32,000 nucleotides of DNA from Candidatus Saccharimonadota bacterium (GTDB lineage Archaea; Micrarchaeota; Micrarchaeia; Micrarchaeales; Micrarchaeaceae), in contig OY970071.1 of NCBI GenBank assembly GCA_963705375.1, positions 570,001 to 602,000 of the forward strand, read 5' to 3'. The position numbers and the translations under genes were made by a program. Under the pieces are notes generated by a model. The model was given only the letters and a program-made list of their open reading frames with translations, had not been told where the DNA came from and searched no databases. Below, piece by piece: positions 13,999-22,827 of this stretch. The first letter of the stretch is position 1. Every line of letters begins with the position of its first letter.

Positions 13999-15706
13999 AT
14001 ATGAAGCGCATTTCCTTCTTGCTGTCCAGTATGCAGTAGCCGAACCTCTCGAATTGGACTATGTCGTGCTCTTTGAGCTCAGAAACGTAAGATTCTGCAT
14101 AGCCTTCCAGCACAGTAAGGCTGTCCTTGTTGTAATGCCCATCATCGTCAATGATTTCACCAGGAACCATGACAGTGCATTTTACTGCGTGTTCTTTCGA
14201 GACCCACTGTATCACTGCGCCTTCGTTGCCGCGCTCTAGCCTCGCTTTTGCAGGCGCAGACTTACTCTCTATGCTGATTTGAATGAAGTCCTTGAGGCGT
14301 ATGACTGAGCCTTCCTTCAAACCTTTGAAGTCGTCACCTGCGATGTAGAAATCGCTGCCGACTTCGTATTGCCGATAGCCAATGTCGTTTGACGGGTGCA
14401 GCCTTAGCTTCACTTGTGTCTTCTTGGCGTTGGCCACGCTGAGTTCTTTCGGGTCTGCGACAAAATAGAGATGCTTTGCCAGGGAATCTATTACCTTTCG
14501 GTTCTCCGCCATCAAAGCGGACATCTCCATGACGCTGTCGACAAGGCTCATCCCGAACCTGAGCACGAAGTTCTTGATAGCTAGTGGCTGTACGCCACGT
14601 CGCCTGAACGCCATCGCAGTCACAAGCCTCGGATCGTCCCAGCCGGTAACCATGCCTTCCGCTATAAGCTTGCGTATCTCACGCTTGTGCTGCGCTGTGC
14701 CCTTTATCTTCAGCATGCTCTCCAGGTGCAGCTTTGGCACGCGCATGCCAATATCCTCTAGTATTTTTGTGCACAGCTCGTTCCTGAGCTCGTATTCCTT
14801 GCCTCTTATTACGTCTGTAACGCCCATTATCGAATCTATCACAGGAGTGTTGATGTCATAGGTAGGCCATGTATGGTATTTGTTGCCCTGCCTGTAGTGT
14901 GTGATGTTCTTGACTCTCGCAAGAGTGGGGTCTCTTAGTGTGGTATTCAGCGAGCGCATGTCGCCCTTGTAGCGAAGCACAGCTTCGCCCTCTTCTTTCT
15001 TGCCCGCAAGCATCTGCTCGAACTCCTCGAGGTTCTGCGCCATGCCGTTCGACCTGTGTAGGCACTCGATGCCCTTGAACCGTTCGTCCTTGATTTTCTC
15101 TGATGTGCATCTGCACACGTAAGCCTTGCCCTTCTTTATCAGCTTGCGCGCGCAGTCGTAGACTTCTTCTATGTGGTCGCTTGCGTAATACTCCTTATCG
15201 AACTTGAGGCCGAGCCACGCAGTGTCTCTCTTTATGCCCTCCACATACTCCTGTTTGCATTTCTCTGCATTCGTGTCGTCAAAATACAGATAGAGCTTTC
15301 CCGCGTATATCCTTGCGAATTCAGACGATAGGAACGCCTGTTTTATGTTGCCCAGCTGGATATATCCTCCAGGTTCTGGCGGGAATCGCAGTATGACCTT
15401 GCCTTCCTCTGCGCCTTCGAGCACCATGCGCGGCTTTGAGGTTGTTGCAGTCTTGATCTCCGACTCCTTCTTGAATTCTTCTTCGTATTTTGCGTATTCG
15501 AGCATCAGCTCGTCTTTATCCATAAGATTTACTTGCTTTATGATGTTAGATACAATGTCGCGTATATGCACGAATTGATTTTTTTCAGGACGTAGTTCCG
15601 CTATCACTTTGCCGAAAACGCTATCGAACGCCGCCTTTCCATATTCCATAGCGTTCTTTATCGCGTATTTCCTGATTGTACTTTCTACATCATTGCTCGT
15701 GGACAC
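13985..15706 (-). CDS. gltX: Glutamyl-tRNA synthetase homolog (archaeal/eukaryal type) with non-canonical class I signature motifs
   Basis: RFPPEPGGYIQLGNIKQAFL..FARIYAGKLYLYFDDTNAEK, KKGKAYVC, WPTYD and GWDDPRL..AFRRRG are collinear with GluRS/GlnRS catalytic cores. The N-terminal IRKYAIKNAMEYGKA segment resembles the helical extension of archaeal GluRS. GTG start. Confidence 0.85.
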   Translation of the reverse strand: MSTSNDVESTIRKYAIKNAMEYGKAAFDSVFGKVIAELRPEKNQFVHIRDIVSNIIKQVNLMDKDELMLEYAKYEEEFKKESEIKTATTSKPRMVLEGAEEGKVILRFPPEPGGYIQLGNIKQAFLSSEFARIYAGKLYLYFDDTNAEKCKQEYVEGIKRDTAWLGLKFDKEYYASDHIEEVYDCARKLIKKGKAYVCRCTSEKIKDERFKGIECLHRSNGMAQNLEEFEQMLAGKKEEGEAVLRYKGDMRSLNTTLRDPTLARVKNITHYRQGNKYHTWPTYDINTPVIDSIMGVTDVIRGKEYELRNELCTKILEDIGMRVPKLHLESMLKIKGTAQHKREIRKLIAEGMVTGWDDPRLVTAMAFRRRGVQPLAIKNFVLRFGMSLVDSVMEMSALMAENRKVIDSLAKHLYFVADPKELSVANAKKTQVKLRLHPSNDIGYRQYEVGSDFYIAGDDFKGLKEGSVIRLKDFIQISIESKSAPAKARLERGNEGAVIQWVSKEHAVKCTVMVPGEIIDDDGHYNKDSLTVLEGYAESYVSELKEHDIVQFERFGYCILDSKKEMRFIFISK

Positions 15707-15710
15707 ATCA

Positions 15711-16301
15711 TCACGTGTAGTTTAGTCTTACCTGGTTGTTGTACACGCTGCCGTTCGCAGTGATGAGTGCAAACACAGAAACGTTTATGATCGAACCCAC
15801 AGACTTGAGCCGGGTAATGCTCGCAGAGTAGTTTCGCCTATTGAACATGATGTTCACAGGATAGCTGTTCACGTACAGTATCGCATTGGATGGCAGAAGG
15901 AGGTGCGCTGACGCAGTTATGTTCGAAAGTGCAAGCGCAGGAACAGCACGTATGTTCTGTTGCAATGCGTATGCATCTATGCCTGAGAGCGTGACCTGAT
16001 AGTTGTCCCCTATGCGGATATAGTTGCTTATGGAGCCGTTAGTTTCCATCACTGACAGGGTAGCATTCAGAAGCTCTATGGTGCTGTTGCTCTGGTTGTG
16101 CAGCGCTATGTAAGCGCCAGCACTGTATCCAGTTATTGTTGCCTTAGATGCGCCTATCGCAAGATAGGTAGCTGGTGCCTTTGTTGTGGTGGAGGTCGCA
16201 CCTGCAATATTTGATGATGATATGTATGAGGAAAGGAATATGAGCGCAACGAAGAGTGCACCCAGAAGCAGCATCAACTTTTGACCATTGCTTTTTTCCA
16301 T
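15711..16301 (-). CDS. Membrane-anchored or secreted sequon-rich hypothetical protein
   Basis: N-terminal hydrophobic segment KLMLLLGALFVALIFLSSYI, a T-rich stretch and multiple N-x-S/T sequons. Its stop lies 4 nt upstream of the GluRS start. ATG at 16301; the track's 16310 start is a GTG. Confidence 0.6.
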   Translation of the reverse strand: MEKSNGQKLMLLLGALFVALIFLSSYISSSNIAGATSTTTKAPATYLAIGASKATITGYSAGAYIALHNQSNSTIELLNATLSVMETNGSISNYIRIGDNYQVTLSGIDAYALQQNIRAVPALALSNITASAHLLLPSNAILYVNSYPVNIMFNRRNYSASITRLKSVGSIINVSVFALITANGSVYNNQVRLNYT

Positions 16302-16413
16302 AATATACACTGTAACAGGTTCGGAGTGCAGTTGTTATATTCAAACAGCCAACAGACACTTCCAAAGCCTTGCACATCAAGCACAATTCTTTTTACCGTT
16401 AATGGCTATATAC

Positions 16414-17619
16414 CTAGCGGCTAGAGCCCAATAATTTCGTGTTTCGGTCACTATTCGACAGGAACATGTCTGAAAAGACGGAGATCTCATCCTCTATGTC
16501 GCTTATGCGTGCATACTCATTTGGCTGGTGCGCAATGTCATCGCCAACACCCCAAACTGCAGCGTCGAGACCCTCGTTTCTGAGAAAAGCGCCGAATGTT
16601 CCGCCACCTATGCCGACCAGCCTTGAATTTGTGTTGAGCACTCTTTTGATTGAGCCCTGTAGAAGCCTCACAATTTCTGAGTTTGATGCTGTTGGCACAG
16701 ACTCCATCCTGTTCACCACCTCGAGGTCTATCTTCGCCTTGCACTTGTGCGCCATCCTGTTTACGTCAGCCAATACGCTTGAAAGCTTGTAGTCCGGCAT
16801 CACCCTGAAATCAAAGTAGAACACCTCCTTGCCAGGTATTATGTTGATGCTGTCCGTATTCTTCTCGTGTTTTGTCATCTCGAACGTGGATCCATTCGGA
16901 AATAGCTTGCTCCTTTTCGCATAATGCTTGTGAAGATACGCATCGACATCCAGTGCAAAATTTGCGGCTTCTTTGAATGCGTTCAGACCTTCCTCTGGAG
17001 TGCTCGCATGCACCTGCTTGCCTGTCACTGTCACCTTGAGCCACACCATGCTCTTTTCGGCTATCTCGACCTTTATGCCTCTTGGAGACTCTATGTCAGG
17101 GACTAGGAACATGTCGCCCTTCTTGAAGATGCGCTCCTTCAGCAGTTTCTGCACGCCGTACGCGCTCCCTAGTTCCTCGTCAGCAGCCAGAACAAGACCG
17201 TAGTTGTACTTCAAATCCTTGCCCATCAGCGACTTCAGCGCATACATGCTCGAAAGCACACCCTGACCGTTGTCCTGTGCACCCCTACAATAGATTTTCC
17301 CGTCCTTCACGACGGCCTTGAACGGATCCGTTTTCCATTCGTCAATGTCACCTTCGGACACGGTATCTATGTGTGCAAGGATCCACAGCGTTTTTTGCCT
17401 GTCACCATACTTGACCACCAGGTTCGACCTTGTCGCATCGCGTTTGTCGATATAATCATACCTTGTCGGTTTTAGCCCCCAGCTTCGCAGCACTCCCTCA
17501 AGATAGTCGGCTCTTTTTGCTTCGCCTGTGCCTCCGGACTCGGGAGATATCGATCTTATCGACAGCATTTCTTTCGCTGTTTCTATCAAATCATACCTGT
17601 ACGCAAAGCCAGCCATCAT
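16414..17619 (-). CDS. M20 family metallopeptidase (ArgE/DapE/LysK-like deacylase)
   Basis: LWILAHIDTV, WKTDPF, GKIYCRGAQDNGQG and VLAADEELGS are the metal-binding and catalytic motifs of M20. The start is placed at the ATG-ATG pair at 17619/17616. The longer track ORF to 17778 would overlap the divergent FKBP gene. Confidence 0.85.
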   Translation of the reverse strand: MMAGFAYRYDLIETAKEMLSIRSISPESGGTGEAKRADYLEGVLRSWGLKPTRYDYIDKRDATRSNLVVKYGDRQKTLWILAHIDTVSEGDIDEWKTDPFKAVVKDGKIYCRGAQDNGQGVLSSMYALKSLMGKDLKYNYGLVLAADEELGSAYGVQKLLKERIFKKGDMFLVPDIESPRGIKVEIAEKSMVWLKVTVTGKQVHASTPEEGLNAFKEAANFALDVDAYLHKHYAKRSKLFPNGSTFEMTKHEKNTDSINIIPGKEVFYFDFRVMPDYKLSSVLADVNRMAHKCKAKIDLEVVNRMESVPTASNSEIVRLLQGSIKRVLNTNSRLVGIGGGTFGAFLRNEGLDAAVWGVGDDIAHQPNEYARISDIEDEISVFSDMFLSNSDRNTKLLGSSR

Positions 17620-17668
17620 ATCACCAAAAGGCTTTTTATCGTTGCTTAATAAATCTATATCTGATTGC

Positions 17669-18379
17669 ATGAGTTTCAAAGACCAAGATTTTCTGGAAAT
17701 AGAGTATAGCGCGTGGAATGCCTCAGACAACAGGCTCGTCTCAACTACCGACGAGAAAAAGGCGAAGGCAGAGGACATTTACGACGGCAATGCCGTTTAC
17801 GGCCCTACACTGATCATTCTCGGCTCTGGAGGCACGATAAGCGGGCTTGACAAGGAACTTAGGGGCATGGGCCTCGGCGAGACGAAGAAGTTCACATTTG
17901 CACCTTCTGAAGCTTTTGGAGACAGGCATGAGGAGCTGGTGAAGGTGATGCCGCTGTCCGCGTTCAGGTCACGTGAGATGGAGCCTTATGCCGGAATGCG
18001 CGTGAACATCGACGGGACCAGTGTCATTGTGAAGAGCGTCAACTCGGGAAGGGTCGTCGTGGATGCAAACCATCCATATGCAGGAAAGAGCATCACGTAC
18101 GAGGTAAAGATAGTGAAGAACATAACAAGCGAGAGTGAAAAGATCGAGGCGCTTGGCAGATCTTACAGCCTGAAGCCCACGAACACGTCAGTCAAAGGGG
18201 ACACAGCAGAAGTGAGTTTTGGGGGCAGCGTGAACAAGGATTCTGATTACTTCATAAACAAGGCACGAATGCTCGCTTCGGTGTTCTCAAACCTGAAGAG
18301 CGTAGAAAGGGTGCTAGTCCACGAAGAGTACATAAGGCAGAAAGAGAAGGGCGACAGCAACAAAGACAATGCAGACTAG
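17669..18379 (+). CDS. Long-type archaeal FKBP peptidyl-prolyl cis-trans isomerase (FKBP with IF insert and C-terminal domain)
   Basis: GPTLIILGSGGTISGLDKELRGMGLGETKKF, FGDRHEELVKVMP and RVVVDANHPYAGKSITYEVKIV match the SlyD/archaeal FKBP pattern. ATG at 17669, downstream of an AT-rich ttaataaatctatat segment. Confidence 0.85.
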   Translation: MSFKDQDFLEIEYSAWNASDNRLVSTTDEKKAKAEDIYDGNAVYGPTLIILGSGGTISGLDKELRGMGLGETKKFTFAPSEAFGDRHEELVKVMPLSAFRSREMEPYAGMRVNIDGTSVIVKSVNSGRVVVDANHPYAGKSITYEVKIVKNITSESEKIEALGRSYSLKPTNTSVKGDTAEVSFGGSVNKDSDYFINKARMLASVFSNLKSVERVLVHEEYIRQKEKGDSNKDNAD

Positions 18380-18567
18380 CCCTTTATGTTGATTGCGTAG
18401 GTGCTTGCTAGCTTGGCGTTGAGCTTCTTCGCTATTGAAGACTTCTCAACGTTGAAGATTATCGCGTAGCTGCGCCATTTTGTCGTCAGCTCCTTTGAGC
18501 CGCACGAGGGGCACACGTCCCCATGAGTTATAAGCAACCTGCAGTTCTTGCACGCTTTTTCTTCCAT
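18376..18567 (-). CDS. spt4: Transcription elongation factor Spt4 (RpoE'')
   Basis: 63 aa with the zinc ribbon CKNCRLL...CPSCGS followed by W.SYAIIFNVEKSSIAKKLN. It lies immediately downstream of rpo7, 4 nt apart. Confidence 0.85.
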   Translation of the reverse strand: MEEKACKNCRLLITHGDVCPSCGSKELTTKWRSYAIIFNVEKSSIAKKLNAKLASTYAINIKG

Positions 18568-18571
18568 GATA

Positions 18572-19180
18572 TCACGCTTTCTTCTCTCTCTTCTCTGACC
18601 TTCTTCTCGGCTGCCCGCCGCCCTGCAACTTGGACCGCATCCTTTCGTTCTCGCGCTGCCACTCCTCCTTGCCCAGACCGTCCGGCCTCATCGTCAGGGC
18701 TATCTTAGAGTCCTTGACCGTGTTCTTCATGCTGACAGTAGAGATCTTTGCAAACACCACGTCGCCGCGCTTCAGGCTTCTGCCACTCTTTTTAGATACA
18801 AACGCTGGCGTCTTCTTGTCGAAAGACAGGAACTCGTTAGTCACCTGGGAAACGTGCACGAGGCCTTCCATAGGACCTATCCTTATGAACGCACCGAATT
18901 CGACGAGCTCTGTGACTTCGCCTGCAACTATCTCTTCAGGATATGGCATGAAAGCCAAAAGGTCGAATGAAACGTTGTGGTGCGTGGCAGGATCGCCAGC
19001 ATATATGGCGCCGTCACTTATTTTCCTTATGTTGTATACGGCAACAACCACGCCGAGCTGCTTGTCGATTGTGCCCTCATACTTTTTCTGCAGTATCGCT
19101 GCAGCTACCTCCTCTATGTTCTTGTTGAACTGCTCTGGAGGCAGCCTAAATGTGTCCTTTACTTCATATATCGCATACAA
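18572..19180 (-). CDS. rpoE: DNA-directed RNA polymerase subunit Rpo7 (E') with an S1 domain and a basic C-terminal tail
   Basis: MYAIYEVKDTFRLPPEQF...G.VVAV at the N-terminus, then the S1 fold GEVTELVEFGAFIRIGPMEGLVHVSQV. TTG start. Confidence 0.9.
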   Translation of the reverse strand: MYAIYEVKDTFRLPPEQFNKNIEEVAAAILQKKYEGTIDKQLGVVVAVYNIRKISDGAIYAGDPATHHNVSFDLLAFMPYPEEIVAGEVTELVEFGAFIRIGPMEGLVHVSQVTNEFLSFDKKTPAFVSKKSGRSLKRGDVVFAKISTVSMKNTVKDSKIALTMRPDGLGKEEWQRENERMRSKLQGGGQPRRRSEKREKKA

Positions 19181-19184
19181 ACAA

Positions 19185-19571
19185 TCACCGCAATATCTTC
19201 ATCAGCCGGCCACTTATCGAGAGCTTGAACACCTCGACACCCAGGCCATGGAGCCTCTTCACCAATGCGGTATCATTGGTTATCACGGTAGAGCCTTTGT
19301 GCCTGCCGGCAACGCGCATTATGTCGAGGTCTGCATCGCTGAGCCATTTATTAGAGCCTTTAATATTCTTATATCTTAGCTCCTGAAGCGCAATCCTTGC
19401 AGAAGCGCCAAGCCTGCCCCTGTTTTTCGAAATCTGGCGCAGCTCGTTAACCACAGCACCTGAAAGATAAAGGGAATGACCGTGCAGCACGTAGCGCACG
19501 ACATCGAAGGCGTTCCTCCTGTGGGAGAAGCCGAACAGGATTGAGCTCGTGTCTATTATCGCCAACTTCAC
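19185..19571 (-). CDS. PIN-domain protein (Fcf1/Utp24-like, COG1412-type)
   Basis: Acidic PIN residues in IIDTSS, VNEL, SDADLD and VITNDTAL. It sits directly upstream of rpo7-spt4. GTG start. Confidence 0.75.
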   Translation of the reverse strand: MKLAIIDTSSILFGFSHRRNAFDVVRYVLHGHSLYLSGAVVNELRQISKNRGRLGASARIALQELRYKNIKGSNKWLSDADLDIMRVAGRHKGSTVITNDTALVKRLHGLGVEVFKLSISGRLMKILR

Positions 19572-19605
19572 TTTGACACCGTTTTAAACACCGTTGAAGA
19601 TAGAA

Positions 19606-19965
19606 TCAAAGCCCGAATTTCTCCTTCATGTATTCTTTCAATACGACCGCATTGTTGTGCTGAGTTTCCTTGGAAGAATAAACAAGAGTCACCGTCGAGT
19701 TTAGCCGCAGCACCATGATGAGCTTACCAACCGCTTTCTCGTTCTGTTCTAACTCTTTCTTGTAGCGGGACTTGAAGGTCTCCCACTTGTCCGGCGAGTG
19801 AGAATACCATTTGCGCAGGTCATCGCTCGGCCCGATGTCCTTAAGCCATATCTCGACATTGGGTGAGCTGCGGCGCAGTCCTCTTGGCCACAGTCTGTCG
19901 ACCAGCACGCGGATTCCGTCGGTAACACTGTATGCCACGTACACCCGCAAAATCCTTACCATCAT
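19606..19965 (-). CDS. DUF488 (YeaO-like) protein
   Basis: RVY....DG.RVLVDRLWPRG......V.IWLKDIGPSDDLRKWY.H.PDKWETFKSRYKKEL...TLVYSSKETQHNNAVVLKEY is collinear with E. coli YeaO. Confidence 0.85.
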   Translation of the reverse strand: MMVRILRVYVAYSVTDGIRVLVDRLWPRGLRRSSPNVEIWLKDIGPSDDLRKWYSHSPDKWETFKSRYKKELEQNEKAVGKLIMVLRLNSTVTLVYSSKETQHNNAVVLKEYMKEKFGL

Positions 19966-20094
19966 CTCGCTATATCGTATTCAATACGACCATTTAAATC
20001 TGTTTGTGTGTCGAGGAGCACGCTTGCCGCGCAATCACAGAAAGCCTTAAAAATTCATTCGTCGTAGATAGGAACTAACGGCGACGGTGAAAAC

Positions 20095-20472
20095 ATGAGT
20101 ATTTTGAATAGACTTGGGAAAGGCTTGGGCCTCTCTACAAAAGAGCTTGATGTAGAGGAATACATGAATGCTGCGGAGATGGATGACGTTGACATAATGC
20201 ACGAGCCCGCAGAGCACTATGTGAAGCCTGTTGCGCTTGAGCAGCAGGGCGACGTCGAGCAGATAAAGAACGAGCTCGCACAGGGCAACATTGTTCTCAT
20301 GAACATCAAGGAGATGTCAAAGAGGCCGAACACCTTGAAGACCATTGTTGACGACCTGAAGGAGGACGTCGAGAAGATAAACGGCGACATCGCAAGGATC
20401 GACGATGAAAAGATACTCCTGACGCCTAAGAAGATAAAGATCATAAAGACTAAGAAGAAGGTTTCTGAGTAG
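20095..20472 (+). CDS. sepF: Cell division protein SepF homolog
   Basis: The C-terminal core YVKPVALEQQGDVEQIKNELAQGNIVLMNIKEM...LKTIVDDLKEDVEKINGDIARIDDEKILLTP fits the SepF/DUF552 pattern. A GGTGA Shine-Dalgarno motif lies 5 nt upstream of the ATG. Confidence 0.8.
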   Translation: MSILNRLGKGLGLSTKELDVEEYMNAAEMDDVDIMHEPAEHYVKPVALEQQGDVEQIKNELAQGNIVLMNIKEMSKRPNTLKTIVDDLKEDVEKINGDIARIDDEKILLTPKKIKIIKTKKKVSE

Positions 20473-21178
20473 TCCTGTCAGTCGCTGAATCCGAGAGCGC
20501 GACAGCAAGGGCATTGACTTCTTTCCTTGTTGGTGTTGCTCTCATCAGCACATGCCTGAACGCCATTGAAACCGTGGCCTTGTCCTTTATCTTTTCATCA
20601 TTGGCTATCATGCGCTCGAACAGATTCGTGATGCGTGACTGGTATTTCGAGTCGGCATAGAAGCCGTGCATGAAAGCATACTCTTCTTCCAGAGCAGGCT
20701 GTGAGAGCACGTACAGAATTATGGCTAGCGCATGTGATATGTTCAACACAGGATAACCCTTGTCGGTGCTTATGAACACTGTCGCATCGCAGCTTCTCAG
20801 CTCCTCTTTGCTAAGGCCAGTATCGTCCCGACCGAGCAGCAGCACTATGCGACGCCCAGCCTTCGAGTTCCTTTGCACGAATCTTGACGCGTCTTTCAGA
20901 GAATAGACATTGCGCAGCGATGAACTGCTCTTGCGCCACAGTCCGGTGGTGCCGATCACAAGCGCACCGGCACCTATCTGCTCTACGCTCTTGCAGACCT
21001 TCGCGTTTTCAAGCAGTTCATGCGCGTGCTTCGAATACTGTATTGCGCTCTTGCCCAGATGGTTGCACCGCGGATTTATGAGGTAGAGCCTGTTCAGTCC
21101 GAAATTCTTCATCACCCTGGCGATATAGCCAAGGTTTATCTGGTACAGCGGTTCCATCACAGCTACTTCAAGGCGCAC
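20450..21178 (-). CDS. SPOUT (SpoU/TrmH) RNA 2'-O-methyltransferase, TrmJ-like
   Basis: LEVAVMEPLYQINLGYIARVMKNFGL, VLLLGRDDTGLSKEEL and VLNISHALAIILY are SpoU motifs 1 to 3. GTG start at 21178; an alternative ATG lies at 21157. Confidence 0.8.
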   Translation of the reverse strand: MRLEVAVMEPLYQINLGYIARVMKNFGLNRLYLINPRCNHLGKSAIQYSKHAHELLENAKVCKSVEQIGAGALVIGTTGLWRKSSSSLRNVYSLKDASRFVQRNSKAGRRIVLLLGRDDTGLSKEELRSCDATVFISTDKGYPVLNISHALAIILYVLSQPALEEEYAFMHGFYADSKYQSRITNLFERMIANDEKIKDKATVSMAFRHVLMRATPTRKEVNALAVALSDSATDRTTQKPSS

Positions 21179-21319
21179 GAAACCAACTTGCTATAATTGC
21201 ACAGAATCAGTGCAGCTTAAGCAGACTTTTGCAAGCTGTGTTTGCAACGCATATATAGCTTGCGCTATGGGGACACGGCACAGACTAAATATCTTGCCAT
21301 TGATATTCGTCCCGATCGT

Positions 21320-21952
21320 ATGAAGTATACGGATTACTTGAGATTCTGGATCGATGTTCTCATGCACCCTGGAAAGGCCACTAAGCACGTGATGAGCATA
21401 AGCGAAGCGCTAAAACTCTACTACAGACTTTCGATAGTACCAATGGTGCTTGGACTAGTTGTCGTGTGCGTTGTCGGGGGCTTCAACCCGTTCGGCGCGT
21501 CATCGAGAGGAACGTTCAGAGCGATGTACCCTTCGTTGCTGTTTGGCGTGCGCAGCGTTAACAGCACATTAGCAGGCATCGCGTACTTGATGCTGCTGTT
21601 TCTGGCGCTAATTCCGATAGACATACTGATAAACAGTGCAGCATACCATCTGATCATAGGCAAGCTGTTCAGGATATACAATAAAAAATACAATAGCGTG
21701 GTAACGGCGGTGCTGTACGGAACGCTCCCGTCTTTGCTTGTGTACTGGCTCTATCCGGCAGGGTTCTTCGGGGTGATAGTAGTAGCAGTATTCGGACTGT
21801 GGGGACTAATCGTAGAGATAATATCTTTGTCGAGCCAATTGGGCATGAGCAGATTAAAGACGCTCGGTACGTTCGTACTCTACATCGTGATAGTCGCTGC
21901 GATCGCTTTTGTGTTCGGATTCGTGTTCGCAGTGGCAGCAGCAAAGCTCTAA
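21320..21952 (+). CDS. Polytopic membrane protein (about 5 TM), possibly Yip1-domain-like
   Basis: Five hydrophobic segments and an N-terminal WIDVLMHPGKATKHV segment. The ATG at 21320 is preferred over the TTG at 21242. Confidence 0.55.
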   Translation: MKYTDYLRFWIDVLMHPGKATKHVMSISEALKLYYRLSIVPMVLGLVVVCVVGGFNPFGASSRGTFRAMYPSLLFGVRSVNSTLAGIAYLMLLFLALIPIDILINSAAYHLIIGKLFRIYNKKYNSVVTAVLYGTLPSLLVYWLYPAGFFGVIVVAVFGLWGLIVEIISLSSQLGMSRLKTLGTFVLYIVIVAAIAFVFGFVFAVAAAKL

Positions 21953-22632
21953 AGGAACGGCAGGATCGTTATCAGGTTCACCAGCACATGCGCGAAGATG
22001 CTCGGATACAATGAGCCTGTCTTCTTGTAAGCATAGCCTGAAACTATGCCAAAAGCAAAAGCCGCGATGAGCTCGGAGATTGAAGAATATGAGAGCAGGT
22101 GCGGTATGGCGAACAGCACCGCACTTGCAAATATTCCAATCCTTGAAACCAGGAATCCGCGGAAGAGCACCTCCTCGTTGATCGGCGCTATCAGGAAAGA
22201 AAAGACAAGGAAGTACAAAGGCATTCCAGTAAGAAGCTCAGCCACATTGGTCGGCAATGGTATGCCGGTCATGTCCGAGACCCATTGAAGCAGAAGCCCA
22301 AGGAGCGGCACGAACACGAAGATGCACACACCTATCAGCACATTCTTTGTGCTCAGGAACTTTCCGGATAAGCCGAGCTCGTCAGCGATCTTGCCTAGCG
22401 TCCGGCCCTTGATGAGCAGGTATGAGAGCACTGCAAAAGAGAACACCAACGACAGCGCAATGGAAGCCAAGGCATTCAGCGTGTCGGAAGAGACTATGTT
22501 GTTGAGATAGAGCTCCGAAAGCACAGGCATGCTGACTATAAGAACAATCAGAACGGAATAGAACGCATACCTAATGGCCTTGGGCTCCCCTTTGGCCCTT
22601 CGCCGGGCACGCTTAGAAGTCAAAGTGTTCAC
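21949..22632 (-). CDS. CPBP family intramembrane glutamic endopeptidase (CAAX protease / Abi)
   Basis: Motifs PINEEVLFRGFL, FAIPHL and FAHVLVNL. A GTG at 22632 forms a GTGA overlap with the S27ae stop. The track's GTG at 22671 would lie 43 nt inside the S27ae gene. Confidence 0.8.
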   Translation of the reverse strand: MNTLTSKRARRRAKGEPKAIRYAFYSVLIVLIVSMPVLSELYLNNIVSSDTLNALASIALSLVFSFAVLSYLLIKGRTLGKIADELGLSGKFLSTKNVLIGVCIFVFVPLLGLLLQWVSDMTGIPLPTNVAELLTGMPLYFLVFSFLIAPINEEVLFRGFLVSRIGIFASAVLFAIPHLLSYSSISELIAAFAFGIVSGYAYKKTGSLYPSIFAHVLVNLITILPFL

Positions 22633-22793
22633 TTCTTCTGCTTGAACTCTGTGTATGAGCACTTGCCGCACGTGTACCGATTGGCATGTTCAGCCATGCG
22701 CGAGTTGCACTTCGGGCACATCTTTCTCGCCTTGTAGGTCTTTATGACCTTTTTCTTCTCCTTCTTCTCCGGTTTTGCTGCTGGTTCAGGCAT
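22629..22793 (-). CDS. rps27ae: 30S ribosomal protein S27ae (eS31)
   Basis: Not in the ORF track (54 aa). My translation is MPEPAAKPEKKEKKKVIKTYKARKMCPKCNSRMAEHANRYTCGKCSYTEFKQKK, with the C4 zinc ribbon CPKC...CGKC. It lies directly downstream of S24e, which is the conserved archaeal gene pair. Confidence 0.85.
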   Translation of the reverse strand: MPEPAAKPEKKEKKKVIKTYKARKMCPKCNSRMAEHANRYTCGKCSYTEFKQKK

Positions 22794-22827
22794 TCAAATC
22801 ACTAAATCTTTTCATCATAGTAATTAC

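Noticed and set aside
17620-17778. N-terminal extension of the M20 peptidase ORF, and the CATG at 17668-17671 that would make overlapping divergent starts with the FKBP gene
   Set aside because: The extension has no homology to M20 N-termini and would cover the AT-rich divergent promoter. The ATG pair at 17619/17616 gives a normal-length (~400 aa) M20 enzyme.
18630-19379. 249-aa + strand ORF spanning rpo7 and the PIN gene
   Set aside because: It crosses two well-supported minus-strand genes and an intergenic spacer, and it has a Ser/Thr/Leu-rich composition with no motifs. It is a shadow ORF.
19576-19595. Direct repeat ACACCGTT x2 between the DUF488 stop and the PIN start, and the palindrome CGTATT-C-AATACG at 19976-19988
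   Set aside because: These are short enough to occur by chance, and there are no additional copies elsewhere in the window. I note them as possible protein-binding sites but they are not strong enough to report.
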